Below are positions 1-15,700 of a stretch of 64,000 bases of DNA, piece after piece. How positions within the stretch are numbered: the first letter of the stretch is position 1; every line of letters starts with the position of its first letter. Location: assembly GCA_964016885.1 (NCBI GenBank), contig OZ024740.1, positions 34,596,001 through 34,660,000 on the forward strand, given 5' to 3'. A program made the translations under genes and the position numbers. Under the pieces are notes generated by a model that was not told the origin of the DNA, searched no databases, and saw nothing but the letters and a program-made list of their open reading frames with translations. Source of the DNA: Eledone cirrhosa. Lineage: Eukaryota.

Positions 1-3000
1 CAACACTGTCACACTAATATATCTGTATTGTACCCTTTATCTGTTATATAGACTTCACAACACTGTCACAACTAATATATCTGTACTGTACCCTTTATCT
101 GTTATATAGACTTCACAACACTGTCACAACTAATATATCTGTATTGTACCCTTTATCTGTTATATAGACTTCACAACACTGTCACAACTAATATATCTGT
201 ATAGTACCCTTTATCTGTTATATAGACTTCACAACACTGTCACAACTAATATATCTGTATAGTACCCTTTATCTGTTATATAGACTTCACAACACTGTCA
301 CAACTAATATATCTGTATTGTACACTTAATCTGTTATATAAACTTCACAACACTGTCACAACTAATATATCTGTATAGTACCCTTTATCTGTTATATAGA
401 CTTCACAACACTGTCACAACAAATATATCTGTATAGTACCCTTTATCTGTTATATAGACTTCACAACACTGTCACAACTAATAATATATTGTACCCTTTA
501 TCTGTTATATAGACTTCACAACATTGTCACACTAATATATGTGTAGTGTACCCTTTATCTGTTATTTAGACTTCACAACACTGTCACAACTAATATATCT
601 GTATAGTACCCTTTATCTGTTATATAGACTTCACAACACTGTCACAACTAATATATCTGTATTGTACCCTTTATCTGTTATATAGACTTCACAACACTGT
701 CACAACTAATATATCTGTATTGTACCCTTTATCTGTTATATAGACTTCACAACACTGTCACAACTAATATATCTGTATAGTACCCTTTATCTGTTATATA
801 GACTTCACAACACTGTCACAACTAATATATCTGTATTGTACACATTATCTGTTATATAGACTTCACAACACTGTCACAACTAATATATCTGTATTGTACC
901 CTTTATCTGTTATATAGACTTCACAACACTGTCACAACTAATATATCTGTATTGTACCCTTTATCAGTTATATAGACTTCACAACACTGTCACAACTAAT
1001 ATATCTGTATTGTACACTTTATCTGTAATATAGACTTCACAACACTGTCACACTAATATACCTGTATAGTACCCTTTATCTGTTATATGGACTTCACAAC
1101 ACTGTCACAACTAATAATATCTGTATTGTACCCTTTATCTGTTATATAGACTTCACAACACTGTCACAACTAATATATCTGTATTGTACCCTTTATCTGT
1201 TATATAGACTTCACAACATTGTCACACTAATATATGTGTATTGTACCCTTTATCTGTTATATAGACTTCACAACACTGTCACAACTAATATATCTGTATA
1301 GTACACATTATCTGTTATATATACTTCACAACACTGTCACAACTAATATATCTGTATTGTACCCTTTATCTGTTATATAGACTTCACAACACTGTCACAA
1401 CTAATATATCTGTATAGTACCCTTTATCTGTTATATAGACTTCACAACACTGTCACAACTAATATATCTGTATTGTACACTTAATCTGTTATATAAACTT
1501 CACAACACTGTCACAACTAATATATCTGTATAGTACCCTTTATCTGTTATATAGACTTCACAACACTGTCACAACAAATATATCTGTATAGTACCCTTTA
1601 TCTGTTATATAGACTTCACAACACTGTCACAACTAATATATCTGTATTGTACCCTTTATCTGTTATATAGACTTCACAACACTGTCACACTAATATAGCT
1701 GTATTGTACCCTTTATCTGTTATATAGACTTCACAACATTGTCACACTAATATATCTGTATTGTACCCTTTATCTGTTATATAGACTTCACAACACTGTC
1801 ACAACTAATATATCTGTATTGTACCCTTTATCTGTTATATAGACTTCACAACACTGTCACAACTAATATATCTGTATTGTACACTTTATCTGTTATATAG
1901 ACTTCACAACACTGTCGCATTAATATATCTGTATTGTACCCTTTATCCGTTATATAGACTTCACAACACTGTCACAACTAATATATCTGTATTGTACCCT
2001 TTATCTGTTATATAAACTTCACAACACTGTCACAACTAATATATCTGTATTGTACCCTTTATCTGTTATATAGACTTCACAACATTTCACACTAATATAT
2101 GTGTATTGTACCCTTTATCTGTTATATAGACTTCACAACACTGTCACAACTAATATATCTGTATTGTACACTTAATCTGTTATATAAACTTCACAACACT
2201 GTCACAACTAATATATCTGTATAGTACCCTTTATCTGTTATATAGACTTCACAACACTGTCACAACAAATATATCTGTATAGTACCCTTTATCTGTTATA
2301 TAGACTTCACAACACTGTCACAACTAATATATCTGTATTGTACCCTTTATCTGTTATATAGACTTCACAACACTGTCACACTAATATATCTGTATTGTAC
2401 CCTTTATCTGTTATATAGACTTCACAACATTGTCACACTAATATATCTGTATTGTACCCTTTATCTGTTATATAGACTTCACAACACTGTCACAACTAAT
2501 ATATCTGTATTGTACCCTTTATCTGTTATATAGACTTCACAACACTGTCACAACTAATATATCTGTATTGTACCCTTTATCTGTTATATAGACTTCACAA
2601 CATTGTCACACTAATATATCTGTATTGTACCCTTTATCTGTTATATAGACTTCACAACACTGTCACTACTAATATATCTGTATTGAACCCTTTATCTGTT
2701 ATATAGACTTCACAACACTGTCACAACTAATATATCTGTATTGTACACTTTATCTGTTATATAGACTTCACAACACTGTCACACTAATATATCTGTATTG
2801 TACCCTTTATCTGTTATGGAGACTTCACAACACTGTCACAACTAATATATCTGTATTGTACCCTTTATCTGTTATATAGACTTCACAACACTGTCACAAC
2901 TAATATATCTGTATTGTACCCTTTATCTGTTATATAGACTTCACAACATTGTCACACTAATATATGTGTATTCTACCCTTTATCTGTTATTTAGACTTCA

Positions 3001-6000
3001 CAACACTGTCACAACAAATATATCTGTATAGTACCCTTTATCTGTTATATAGACTTCACAACACTGTCACAACTAATATATCTGTATTGTACCCTTTATC
3101 TGTTATATAGACTTCACAACACTGCCACACTAATACATCTGTATTGTACCCTTTATCTGTTATACAGACTTCACAACATTGTCACACTAATATATCTGTA
3201 TTGTACCCTTTATCTGTTATATAGACTTCACAACACTGTCACAACTAATATATCTGTATTGTACCCTTTATCTGTTATATAGACTTCACAACACTGTCAC
3301 AACTAATATATCTGTATTGTACCCTTTATCTGTTATATAGACTTCACAACATTGTCACACTAATATATGTGTATTGTACCCTTTATCTGTTATATAGACT
3401 TCATTACACTGTCACAACTAATATATCTGTATAGTACCCTTTATCTGTTATATAGACTTCACAACACTGTCACAACTAATATATCTGTATTGTACCCTTT
3501 ATCTGTTATATAGACTTCACAACACTGTCACAACTAATATATCTGTATAGTACCCTTTATCTGTTATATAGACTTCACAACACTGTCACAACTAATATAT
3601 CTGTATTGTACACTTAATCTGTTATATAAACTTCATAACACTGTCACAACTAATATATCTGTATAGTACCCTTTATCTGTTATATAGACTTCACAACACT
3701 GTCACAACAAATATATCTGTATAGTACCCTTTATCTGTTATATAGACTTCACAACACTGTCACAACTAATATATCTGTATTGTACCCTTTATCTGTTATA
3801 TAGACTTCACAACATTGTCACACTAATATATGTGTATTGTACCCTTTATCTGTTATTTAGACTTCACAACACTGTCACAACTAATATATCTGTATTGTAC
3901 ACTTAATCTGTTATATAAACTTCACAACACTGTCACAACTAATATATCTGTATAGTACCCTTTATCTGTTATATAGACTTCACAACACTGTCACAACAAA
4001 TATATCTGTATAGTACCCTTTATCTGTTATATAGACTTCACAACACTGTCACAACTAATATATCTGTATTGTACCCTTTATCTGTTATATAGACTTCACA
4101 ACACTGTCACACTAATATATCTGTATTGTACCCTTTATCTGTTATATAGACTTCACAACATTGTCACAATAATATATTTGTATTGTACCCTTTATCTGTT
4201 ATATAGACTTCACAACACTGTCACAACTAATATATCTGTATTGTACCCTTTATCTGTTATATAGACTTCACAACACTGTCACAACTAATATATCTGTATT
4301 GTACACTTTATCTGTTATATAGACTTCATAACACTGTCACAACTAATATATCTGTATTGTACCCTTTATCTGTTATATAGACTTCACAACACTGTCACAA
4401 CTAATATATCTGTATAGTACACTTTATCTGTTATATACACTTCACAACACTGTCACAACTAATATATCTGTATTGTACCCTTTATCTGTTATATAGACTT
4501 CACAACACTGTCACAACTAATATATCTGTATTATACACTTAATCTGTTATATAAACTTCACAACACTGTCACAACTAATATATCTGTATTGTACCCTTTA
4601 TCTGTTATATAGACTTCACAACATTGTCACACTAATATATGTGTATTGTACCCTTTATCTGTTATATAGACTTCACAACACTGTCACAACTAATATATCT
4701 GTATTGTACACTTAATCTGTTATATAAACTTCACAACACTGTCACAACTAATATATCTGTATAGTACCCTTTATCTGTTATATAGACTTCACAACACTGT
4801 CACAACAAATATATCTGTATAGTACCCTTTATCTGTTATATAGACTTCACAACACTGTCACAACTAATATATCTGTATTGTACCCTTTATCTGTTATATA
4901 GACTTCACAACACTGTCACACTAATATAGCTGTATTGTACCCTTTATCTGTTATATAGACTTCACAACATTGTCACACTAATATATCTGTATTGTACCCT
5001 TTATCTGTTATATAGACTTCACAACACTGTCACAACTAATATATCTGTATTGTACCCTTTATCTGTTATATAGACTTCACAACACTGTCACAACTAATAT
5101 ATCTGTATTGTACACTTTATCTGTTATATAGACTTCACAACACTGTCACACTAATATATCTGTATTGTACCCTTTATCCGTTATATAGACTTCACAACTC
5201 TGTCACAACTAATATATCTGTATTGTAACCTTTATCTGTTATATAAACTTCACAACACTGTCACAACTAATATATCTGTATTGTACCCTTTATCTGTTAT
5301 ATAGACTTCACAACACTGTCACACTAATATATCTGTATTGTACACTTTATCTGTTAGATAGACTTCACAACACTGTCACAACTAATATATCTGTATTGTA
5401 CACTTTATCTGTTATATAGACTTCACAACACTCTCACAACTAATATATCTGTATTGTACCCTTTATCTGTTATATAGACTTCACAACACTGTCACACTAA
5501 TATATCTGTATTGTACCCTTTATCTGTTATATAGACTTCACAACACTGTCACAACTAATATATCTGTATAGTACCCTTTATCTGTTATATAGACTTCACA
5601 ACACTGTCACAACTAATATATCTGTATAGTACCCTTTATCTGTTATATAGACTTCACAACACTGTCACAACTAATATATCTGTATTGTACACTTAATCTG
5701 TTATATAAACTTCACAACACTGTCACAACTAATATATCTGTATAGTACCCTTTATCTGTTATATAGACTTCACAACACTGTCACAACAAATATATCTGTA
5801 TAGTACCCTTTATCTGTTATATAGACTTCACAACACTGTCACAACTAATAATATATTGTACCCTTTATCTGTTATATAGACTTCACAACATTGTCACACT
5901 AATATATGTGTAGTGTACCCTTTATCTGTTATTTAGACTTCACAACACTGTCACAACTAATATATCTGTATAGTACCCTTTATCTGTTATATAGACTTCA

Positions 6001-9000
6001 CAACACTGTCACAACTAATATATCTGTATTGTACCCTTTATCTGTTATATAGACTTCACAACACTGTCACAACTAATATATCTGTATTGTACCCTTTATC
6101 TGTTATATAGACTTCACAACACTGTCACAACTAATATATCTGTATAGTACCCTTTATCTGTTATATAGACTTCACAACACTGTCACAACTAATATATCTG
6201 TATTGTACACATTATCTGTTATATAGACTTCACAACACTGTCACAACTAATATATCTGTATTGTACCCTTTATCTGTTATATAGACTTCACAACACTGTC
6301 ACAACTAATATATCTGTATTGTACCCTTTATCAGTTATATAGACTTCACAACACTGTCACAACTAATATATCTGTATTGTACACTTTATCTGTTATATAG
6401 ACTTCACAACACTGTCACACTAATATACCTGTATAGTACCCTTTATCTGTTATATGGACTTCACAACACTGTCACAACTAATAATATCTGTATTGTACCC
6501 TTTATCTGTTATATAGACTTCACAACACTGTCACAACTAATATATCTGTATTGTACCCTTTATCTGTTATATAGACCTCACAACATTGTCACACTAATAT
6601 ATGTGTATTGTACCCTTTATCTGTTATATAGACTTCACAACACTGTCACAACTAATATATCTGTATAGTACACATTATCTGTTATATATACTTCACAACA
6701 CTGTCACAACTAATATATCTGTATTGTACCCTTTATCTGTTATATAGACTTCACAACACTGTCACAACTAATATATCTGTATAGTACCCTTTATCTGTTA
6801 TATAGACTTCACAACACTGTCACAACTAATATATCTGTATTGTACACTTAATCTGTTATATAAACTTCACAACACTGTCACAACTAATATATCTGTATAG
6901 TACCCTTTATCTGTTATATAGACTTCACAACACTGTCACAACAAATATATCTGTATAGTACCCTTTATCTGTTATATAGACTTCACAACACTGTCACAAC
7001 TAATATATCTGTATTGTACCCTTTATCTGTTATATAGACTTCACAACACTGTCACACTAATATAGCTGTATTGTACCCTTTATCTGTTATATAGACTTCA
7101 CAACATTGTCACACTAATATATCTGTATTGTACCCTTTATCTGTTATATAGACTTCACAACACTGTCACAACTAATATATCTGTATTGTACCCTTTATCT
7201 GTTATATAGACTTCACAACACTGTCACAACTAATATATCTGTATTGTACACTTTATCTGTTATATAGACTTCACAACACTGTCGCACTAATATATCTGTA
7301 TTGTACCCTTTATCCGTTATATAGACTTCACAACACTGTCACAACTAATATATCTGTATTGTACCCTTTATCTGTTATATAAACTTCACAACACTGTCAC
7401 AACTAATATATCTGTATTGTACCCTTTATCTGTTATATAGACTTCACAACATTTCACACTAATATATGTGTATTGTACCCTTTATCTGTTATATAGACTT
7501 CACAACACTGTCACAACTAATATATCTGTATTGTACACTTAATCTGTTATATAAACTTCACAACACTGTCACAACTAATATATCTGTATAGTACCCTTTA
7601 TCTGTTATATAGACTTCACAACACTGTCACAACAAATATATCTGTATAGTACCCTTTATCTGTTATATAGACTTCACAACACTGTCACAACTAATATATC
7701 TGTATTGTACCCTTTATCTGTTATATAGACTTCACAACACTGTCACACTAATATATCTGTATTGTACCCTTTATCTGTTATATAGACTTCACAACATTGT
7801 CACACTAATATATCTGTATTGTACCCTTTATCTGTTATATAGACTTCACAACACTGTCACAACTAATATATCTGTATTGTACCCTTTATCTGTTATATAG
7901 ACTTCACAACACTGTCACAACTAATATATCTGTATTGTACCCTTTATCTGTTATATAGACTTCACAACATTGTCACACTAATATATCTGTATTGTACCCT
8001 TTATCTGTTATATAGACTTCACAACACTGTCACTACTAATATATCTGTATTGAACCCTTTATCTGTTATATAGACTTCACAACACTGTCACAACTAATAT
8101 ATCTGTATTGTACACTTTATCTGTTATATAGACTTCACAACACTGTCACACTAATATATCTGTATTGTACCCTTTATCTGTTATATAGACTTCACAACAC
8201 TGTCACAACTAATATATCTGTATTGTACCCTTTATCTGTTATATAGACTTCACAACACTGTCACAACTAATATATCTGTATTGTACCCTTTATCTGTTAT
8301 ATAGACTTCACAACATTGTCACACTAATATATGTGTATTCTACCCTTTATCTGTTATTTAGACTTCACAACACTGTCACAACTAATATATCTGTATAGTA
8401 CCCTTTATCTGTTATATAGACTTCACAACACTGTCACAACTAATATATCTGTATTGTACCCTTTATCTGTTATATAAACTTAACAACACTGTCACAACTA
8501 ATATATCTGTATTGAACCCTTTATCTGTTATATAGACTTCACAACACTGTCACAACTAATATATCTGTATTGTACACTTAATCTGTTATATAAACTTCAC
8601 AACACTGTCACAACTAATATATCTGTATAGTACCCTTTATCTGTTATATAGACTTCACAACACTGTCACAACAAATATATCTGTATAGTACCCTTTATCT
8701 GTTATATAGACTTCACAACACTGTCACAACTAATATATCTGTATTGTACCCTTTATCTGTTATATAGACTTCACAACACTGCCACACTAATACATCTGTA
8801 TTGTACCCTTTATCTGTTATACAGACTTCACAACATTGTCACACTAATATATCTGTATTGTACCCTTTATCTGTTATATAGACTTCACAACACTGTCACA
8901 ACTAATATATCTGTATTGTACCCTTTATCTGTTATATAGACTTCACAACACTGTCACAACTAATATATCTGTATTGTACCCTTTATCTGTTATATAGACT

Positions 9001-9660
9001 TCACAACATTGTCACACTAATATATGTGTATTGTACCCTTTATCTGTTATATAGACTTCATTACACTGTCACAACTAATATATCTGTATAGTACCCTTTA
9101 TCTGTTATATAGACTTCACAACACTGTCACAACTAATATATCTGTATTGTACCCTTTATCTGTTATATAGACTTCACAACACTGTCACAACTAATATATC
9201 TGTATAGTACCCTTTATCTGTTATATAGACTTCACAACACTGTCACAACTAATATATCTGTATTGTACACTTAATCTGTTATATAAACTTCATAACACTG
9301 TCACAACTAATATATCTGTATAGTACCCTTTATCTGTTATATAGACTTCACAACACTGTCACAACAAATATATCTGTATAGTACCCTTTATCTGTTATAT
9401 AGACTTCACAACACTGTCACAACTAATATATCTGTATTGTACCCTTTATCTGTTATATAGACTTCACAACATTGTCACACTAATATATGTGTATTGTACC
9501 CTTTATCTGTTATTTAGACTTCACAACACTGTCACAACTAATATATCTGTATTGTACACTTAATCTGTTATATAAACTTCACAACACTGTCACAACTAAT
9601 ATATCTGTATAGTACCCTTTATCTGTTATATAGACTTCACAACACTGTCACAACAAATAC
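1..9660. repeat. Higher-order duplication inside the 58-bp array, offset 5367 bp (5657 bp after a 5-monomer indel)
   Basis: Rare markers recur at a constant offset of 5367: ataatatatt 481/5848, ttatcagtta 961/6328, gtcgca 1914/7281, ttctaccc 2971/8338. Further markers recur at 5657 (5367+290): gccacac 3124/8781, cttcataac 3631/9288. Confidence 0.9.
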
Positions 9661-12600
9661 ATCTGTATAGTACCCTTTATCTGTTATATAGACTTCACAA
9701 CACTGTCACAACTAATATATCTGTATTGTACACTTTATCTGTTATATAGACTTCACAACACTGTCACACTAATATATCTGTATTGTACCCTTTATCCGTT
9801 ATATAGACTTCACAACACTGTCACAACTAATATATCTGTATTGTACCCTTTATCTGTTATATAGACTTCACAACACTGTCACAACTAATATATCTGTATT
9901 GTAACCTTTATCTGTTATATAGACTTCACAACATTTCACACTAATATATGTGTATTGTACCCTTTATCTGTTATATAGACTTCACAACACTGTCACAACT
10001 AATATATCTGTATTGTACACTTAATCTGTTATATAAACTTCACAACACTGTCACAACTAATATATCTGTATAGTACCCTTTATCTGTTATATAGACTTCA
10101 CAACACTGTCACAACAAATATATCTGTATAGTACCCTTTATCTGTTATATAGACTTCACAACACTGTCACAACTAATATATCTGTATTGTACCCTTTATC
10201 TGTTATATAGACTTCACAACACTGTCACACTAATATATCTGTATTGTACCCTTTATCTGTTATATAGACTTCACAACACTGTCACAACTAATATATCTGT
10301 ATTGTACCCTTTATCTGTTATATAGACTTCACAACACTGTCACAACTAATATATCTGTATTGTACCCTTTATCTGTTTTATAGACTTCACAACATTGTCA
10401 CACTAATATATCTGTATTGTACCCTTTATCTGTTATATACACTTCACAACACTGTCACAACTAATATATCTGTATTGTACCCTTTATCTGTTATATAGAC
10501 TTCACAACATTGTCACACTAATATATGTGTATTGTACCCTTTATCTGTTATTTAGACTTCACAACACTGTCACAACTAATATATCTGTATAGTACCCTTT
10601 ATCTGTTATATAGACTTCACAACACTGTTACAACTAATATATCTGTATTGTACCCTTTATCTGTTATATAAACTTCACAACACTGTCACAACTAATATAT
10701 CTGTATTGAACCCTTTATCTGTTATATAGACTTCACAACACTGTCACAACAAATATATCTGTATAGTACCCTTTATCTGTTATATAGACTTCACAACACT
10801 GTCATAACTAATGTATCTGTATTGTTCCCTTTATCTGTTATATAGACTTCACAACACTGTCACACTAATATATCTGTATTGTACCCTTTATCTGTTATAT
10901 AGACTTCACAACATTGTCACACTAATATATCTGTATTGTACCCTTTATCTGTTATATAGACTTCAAAACACTGTCACAACTAATATATCTGTATAGTACC
11001 CTTTATCTGTTATATAGACTTCACAACACTGTCACAACTAATATATCTGTATTGTACCCTTTATCTGTTATATAGACTTCACAACACTGTCACAACTAAT
11101 ATATCTGTATTGAACCCTTTATCTGTTATATAGACTTCACAACACTGTCACAACAAATATATCTGTATAGTACCCTTTATCTGTTATATAGACTTCACAA
11201 CACTGTCACAACTAATATATCTGTATTGTACCCTTTATCTGTTATATAGACTTCACAACATTGTCACACTAATATATCTGTATTGTACCCTTTATCTGTT
11301 ATATAGACTTCACAACACTGTCACAACTAATATATCTGTATTGTACCCTTTATCTGTTATATAGACTTCACAACACTGTCACAACTAATATATCTGTATT
11401 GTACCCTTTATCTGTTATATAGACTTCACAACACTGTCACACTAATATACCTGTATAGTACCCTTTATCTGTTATATAGACTTCACAACACTGTCACAAC
11501 TAATATATCTGTATTGTACCCTTTATCTGTTATATAGACTTCACAACACTGTCACAACTAATATATCTGTATTGTACCCTTTATCTGTTATATAGACTTC
11601 ACAACACTGTCACAACTAATATATCTGTATTGTACCCTTTATCTGTTATATAGACTTCACAACACTGTCACAACTAATATATCTGTATTGTACACTTTAT
11701 CTGTTATATAGACTTCACAACACTGTCACACTAATATACCTGTATAGTACCCTTTATCTGTTATATAGACTTCACAACACTGTCACAACTAATATATCTG
11801 TATTGTACCCTTTATCTGTTATATAGACTTCACAACACTGTCACAACTAATATATCTGTATTGTACCCTTTATCTGTTAAATAGACTTCACAACATTGTC
11901 ACACTAATATATGTGTATTGTACCCTTTATCTGTTATATAGATTTCACAACACTGTCACAACTAATATATCTGTATAGTACCCTTTATCTGTTATATAGA
12001 CTTCACAACACTGTCACAACAAAATATATCTGTATTGTACCCTTTATCTGTTATATAGACTTCACAACACTGTCACAACTAATATATCTGTATAGTACCC
12101 TTTATCTGTTATATAGACTTCACAACACTGTCACAACTAATATATCTGTATTGTACACTTTATCTGTTATATAGACTTCACAACACTGTCACACTAATAT
12201 ACCTGTATAGTACCCTTTATCTGTTATATGGACTTCACAACACTGTCACAACTAATATATCTGTATTGTACCCTTTATCTGTTATATAGACTTCACAACA
12301 CTGTCACAACTAATATATCTGTATTGTACCCTTTATCTGTTATATAGACTTCACAACATTGTCACACTAATATATGTGTATTGTACCCTTTATCTGTTAT
12401 ATAGACTTCACAACTCTGTCACAACTAATATATCTGTATAGTACACTTTATCTGTTATATACACTTCACAACACTGTCACAACTAATATATCTGTATTGT
12501 ACCCTTTATCTGTTATATAGACTTCACAACACTGTCACAACTAATATATCTGTATAGTACCCTTTATCTGTTATATAGACTTCACAACACTGTCACAACT

Positions 12601-12799
12601 AATATATCTGTATTGTACACTTAATCTGTTATATAAACTTCACAACACTGTCACAACTAATATATCTGTATAGTACCCTTTATCTGTTATATAGACTTCA
12701 CAACACTGTCACAACAAATATATCTGTATAGTACCCTTTATCTGTTATATAGACTTCACAACACTGTCACAACTAATATATCTGTATTGTACCCTTTAT

Positions 12800-15700
12800 C
12801 TGTTATATAGACTTCACAACACTGTCACAACTAATATATCTGTATTGTACACTTTATCTGTTATATAGACTTCACAACACTGTCACACTAATATATCTGT
12901 ATTGTACCCTTTATCCGTTATATAGACTTCACAACACTGTCACAACTAATATATCTGTATTGTACCCTTTATCTGTTATATAGACTTCACAACACTGTCA
13001 CAACTAATATATCTGTATTGTACCCTTTATCTGTTATATAGACTTCACAACATTTCACACTAATATATGTGTATTGTACCCTTTATCTGTTATATAGACT
13101 TCACAACACTGTCACAACTAATATATCTGTATTGTACACTTAATCTGTTATATAAACTTCACAACACTGTCACAACTAATATATCTGTATAGTACCCTTT
13201 ATCTGTTATATAGACTTCACAACACTGTCACAACAAATATATCTGTATAGTACCCTTTATCTGTTATATAGACTTCACAACACTGTCACAACTAATATAT
13301 CTGTATTGTACCCTTTATCTGTTATATAGACTTCACAACACTGTCACACTAATATATCTGTATTGTACCCTTTATCTGTTATATAGACTTCACAACACTG
13401 TCACAACTAATATATCTGTATTGTACCCTTTATCTGTTATATAGACTTCACAACACTGTCACAACTAATATATCTGTATTGTACCCTTTATCTGTTATAT
13501 AGACTTCACAACATTGTCACACTAATATATCTGTATTGTACCCTTTATCTGTTATATAGACTTCACAACACTGTTACAACTAATATATCTGTATTGTACC
13601 CTTTATCTGTTATATAAACTTCACAACACTGTCACAACTAATATATCTGTATTGAACCCTTTATCTGTTATATAGACTTCACAACACTGTCACAACAAAT
13701 ATATCTGTATAGTACCCTTTATCTGTTATATAGACTTCACAACACTGTCATAACTAATGTATCTGTATTGTTCCCTTTATCTGTTATATAGACTTCACAA
13801 CACTGTCACACTAATATATCTGTATTGTACCCTTTATCTGTTATATAGACTTCACTACACTGTCACACTAATATATCTGTATTGTACCCTTTATCTGTTA
13901 TATAGACTTCACAACATTGTCACACTAATATATCTGTATTGTACCCTTTATCTGTTATATAGACTTCAAAACACTGTCACAACTTATATATCTGTATAGT
14001 ACCCTTTATCTGTTATATAGACTTCACAACACTGTCACAACTAATATATCTGTATTGTACCCTTTATCTGTTATATAGGCTTCACAACACTGTCACACTA
14101 ATATATCTGTAATGTACACTTTATCTGTTATATACACTTCACAACACTGTCACAACTAATATATCTTTATAGTACCCTTTAACTGTTATATAGACTTCAC
14201 AACACTGTCACAACTAATATATCTGTATTGTACCCTTTATCTGTTATATGGACTTCACAACACTGTCACAACTAATATACCTGTATTGTACCTTTATCTG
14301 TTATATAGACTTCACAACGTTGTCACACTAATATATCTGTATTGTAACCTTTATCTGTTATATAGACTTCACTACACTGTCACAACTAATATATCTGTAT
14401 AGTACCCTTTATCTGTTATATAGACTTCACAACACTGTCACAACTAATATATCTGTATTGTACCCTTTATCTGTTATATAGACTTCACAACACTGTCACA
14501 ACTAATATATCTGTATAGTACCCTTTATCTGTTATATAGACTTCACAACACTGTCATAACTAATATATCTGTATTTGTACACTTAATCTGTTATATAAAC
14601 TTCACAACACTGTCACAACTAATATATCTGTATTGTACCCTTTATCTGTTATATAGACTTCACAACACTGTCACACTAATATAGCTGTATTGTACCCTTT
14701 ATCTGTTACATAGACTTCACAACATTGTCACACTAATATATCTGTATTCTACCCTTTATCTGTTATATAGACTTCACAACACTGTCACAACTAATATATC
14801 TGTATTGTTCCCTTTATCTGTTATATAGACTTCACAACACTGTCACAACTAATATATCTGTATTGTACCCTTTATCTGTTATATAGACTTCACGACATTG
14901 TCACACTAATATATCTGTATTGTACCCTTTATCTGTTATATAGACTTCACAACACTGTCACAACTAATATATCTGTATTGTACCCTTTATCTGTTATATA
15001 GACTTCACAACACTGTCACAACTAATATATCTGTATTGTACCCTTTATCTGTTATATAGACTTCACAACACTGTCACAACTAATATATCTGTATTGTACC
15101 CTTTATCTGTTATATAGACTTCACAACATTTCACACTAATATATGTGTGTTGTACCCTTTATCTGTTACATAGACTTCACAACACTGTCACAACTAATAT
15201 ATCTGTATAGTACCCTTTATCTGTTATATAGACTTCACAACATTGTCACACTAATATATCTGTATTGTACCCTTTATCTGTTATATAGACTTCAAAACAC
15301 TGTCACAACTTATATATCTGTATAGTACCCTTTATCTGTTATATAGACTTCACAACACTGTCACAACTAATATATCTGTATTGTACCCTTTATCTGTTAT
15401 ATAGGCTTCACAACACTGTCACACTAATATATCTGTAATGTACACTTTATCTGTTATATACACTTCACAACACTGTCACAACTAATATATCTTTATAGTA
15501 CCCTTTAACTGTTATATAGACTTCACAACACTGTCACAACTAATATATCTGTATTGTACCCTTTATCTGTTATATGGACTTCACAACACTGTCACAACTA
15601 ATAAACCTGTATTGTACCTTTATCTGTTATATAGACTACACAACGTTGTCACACTAATATATCTGTATTGTACCCTTTAACTGTTATATAGACTTCACAA

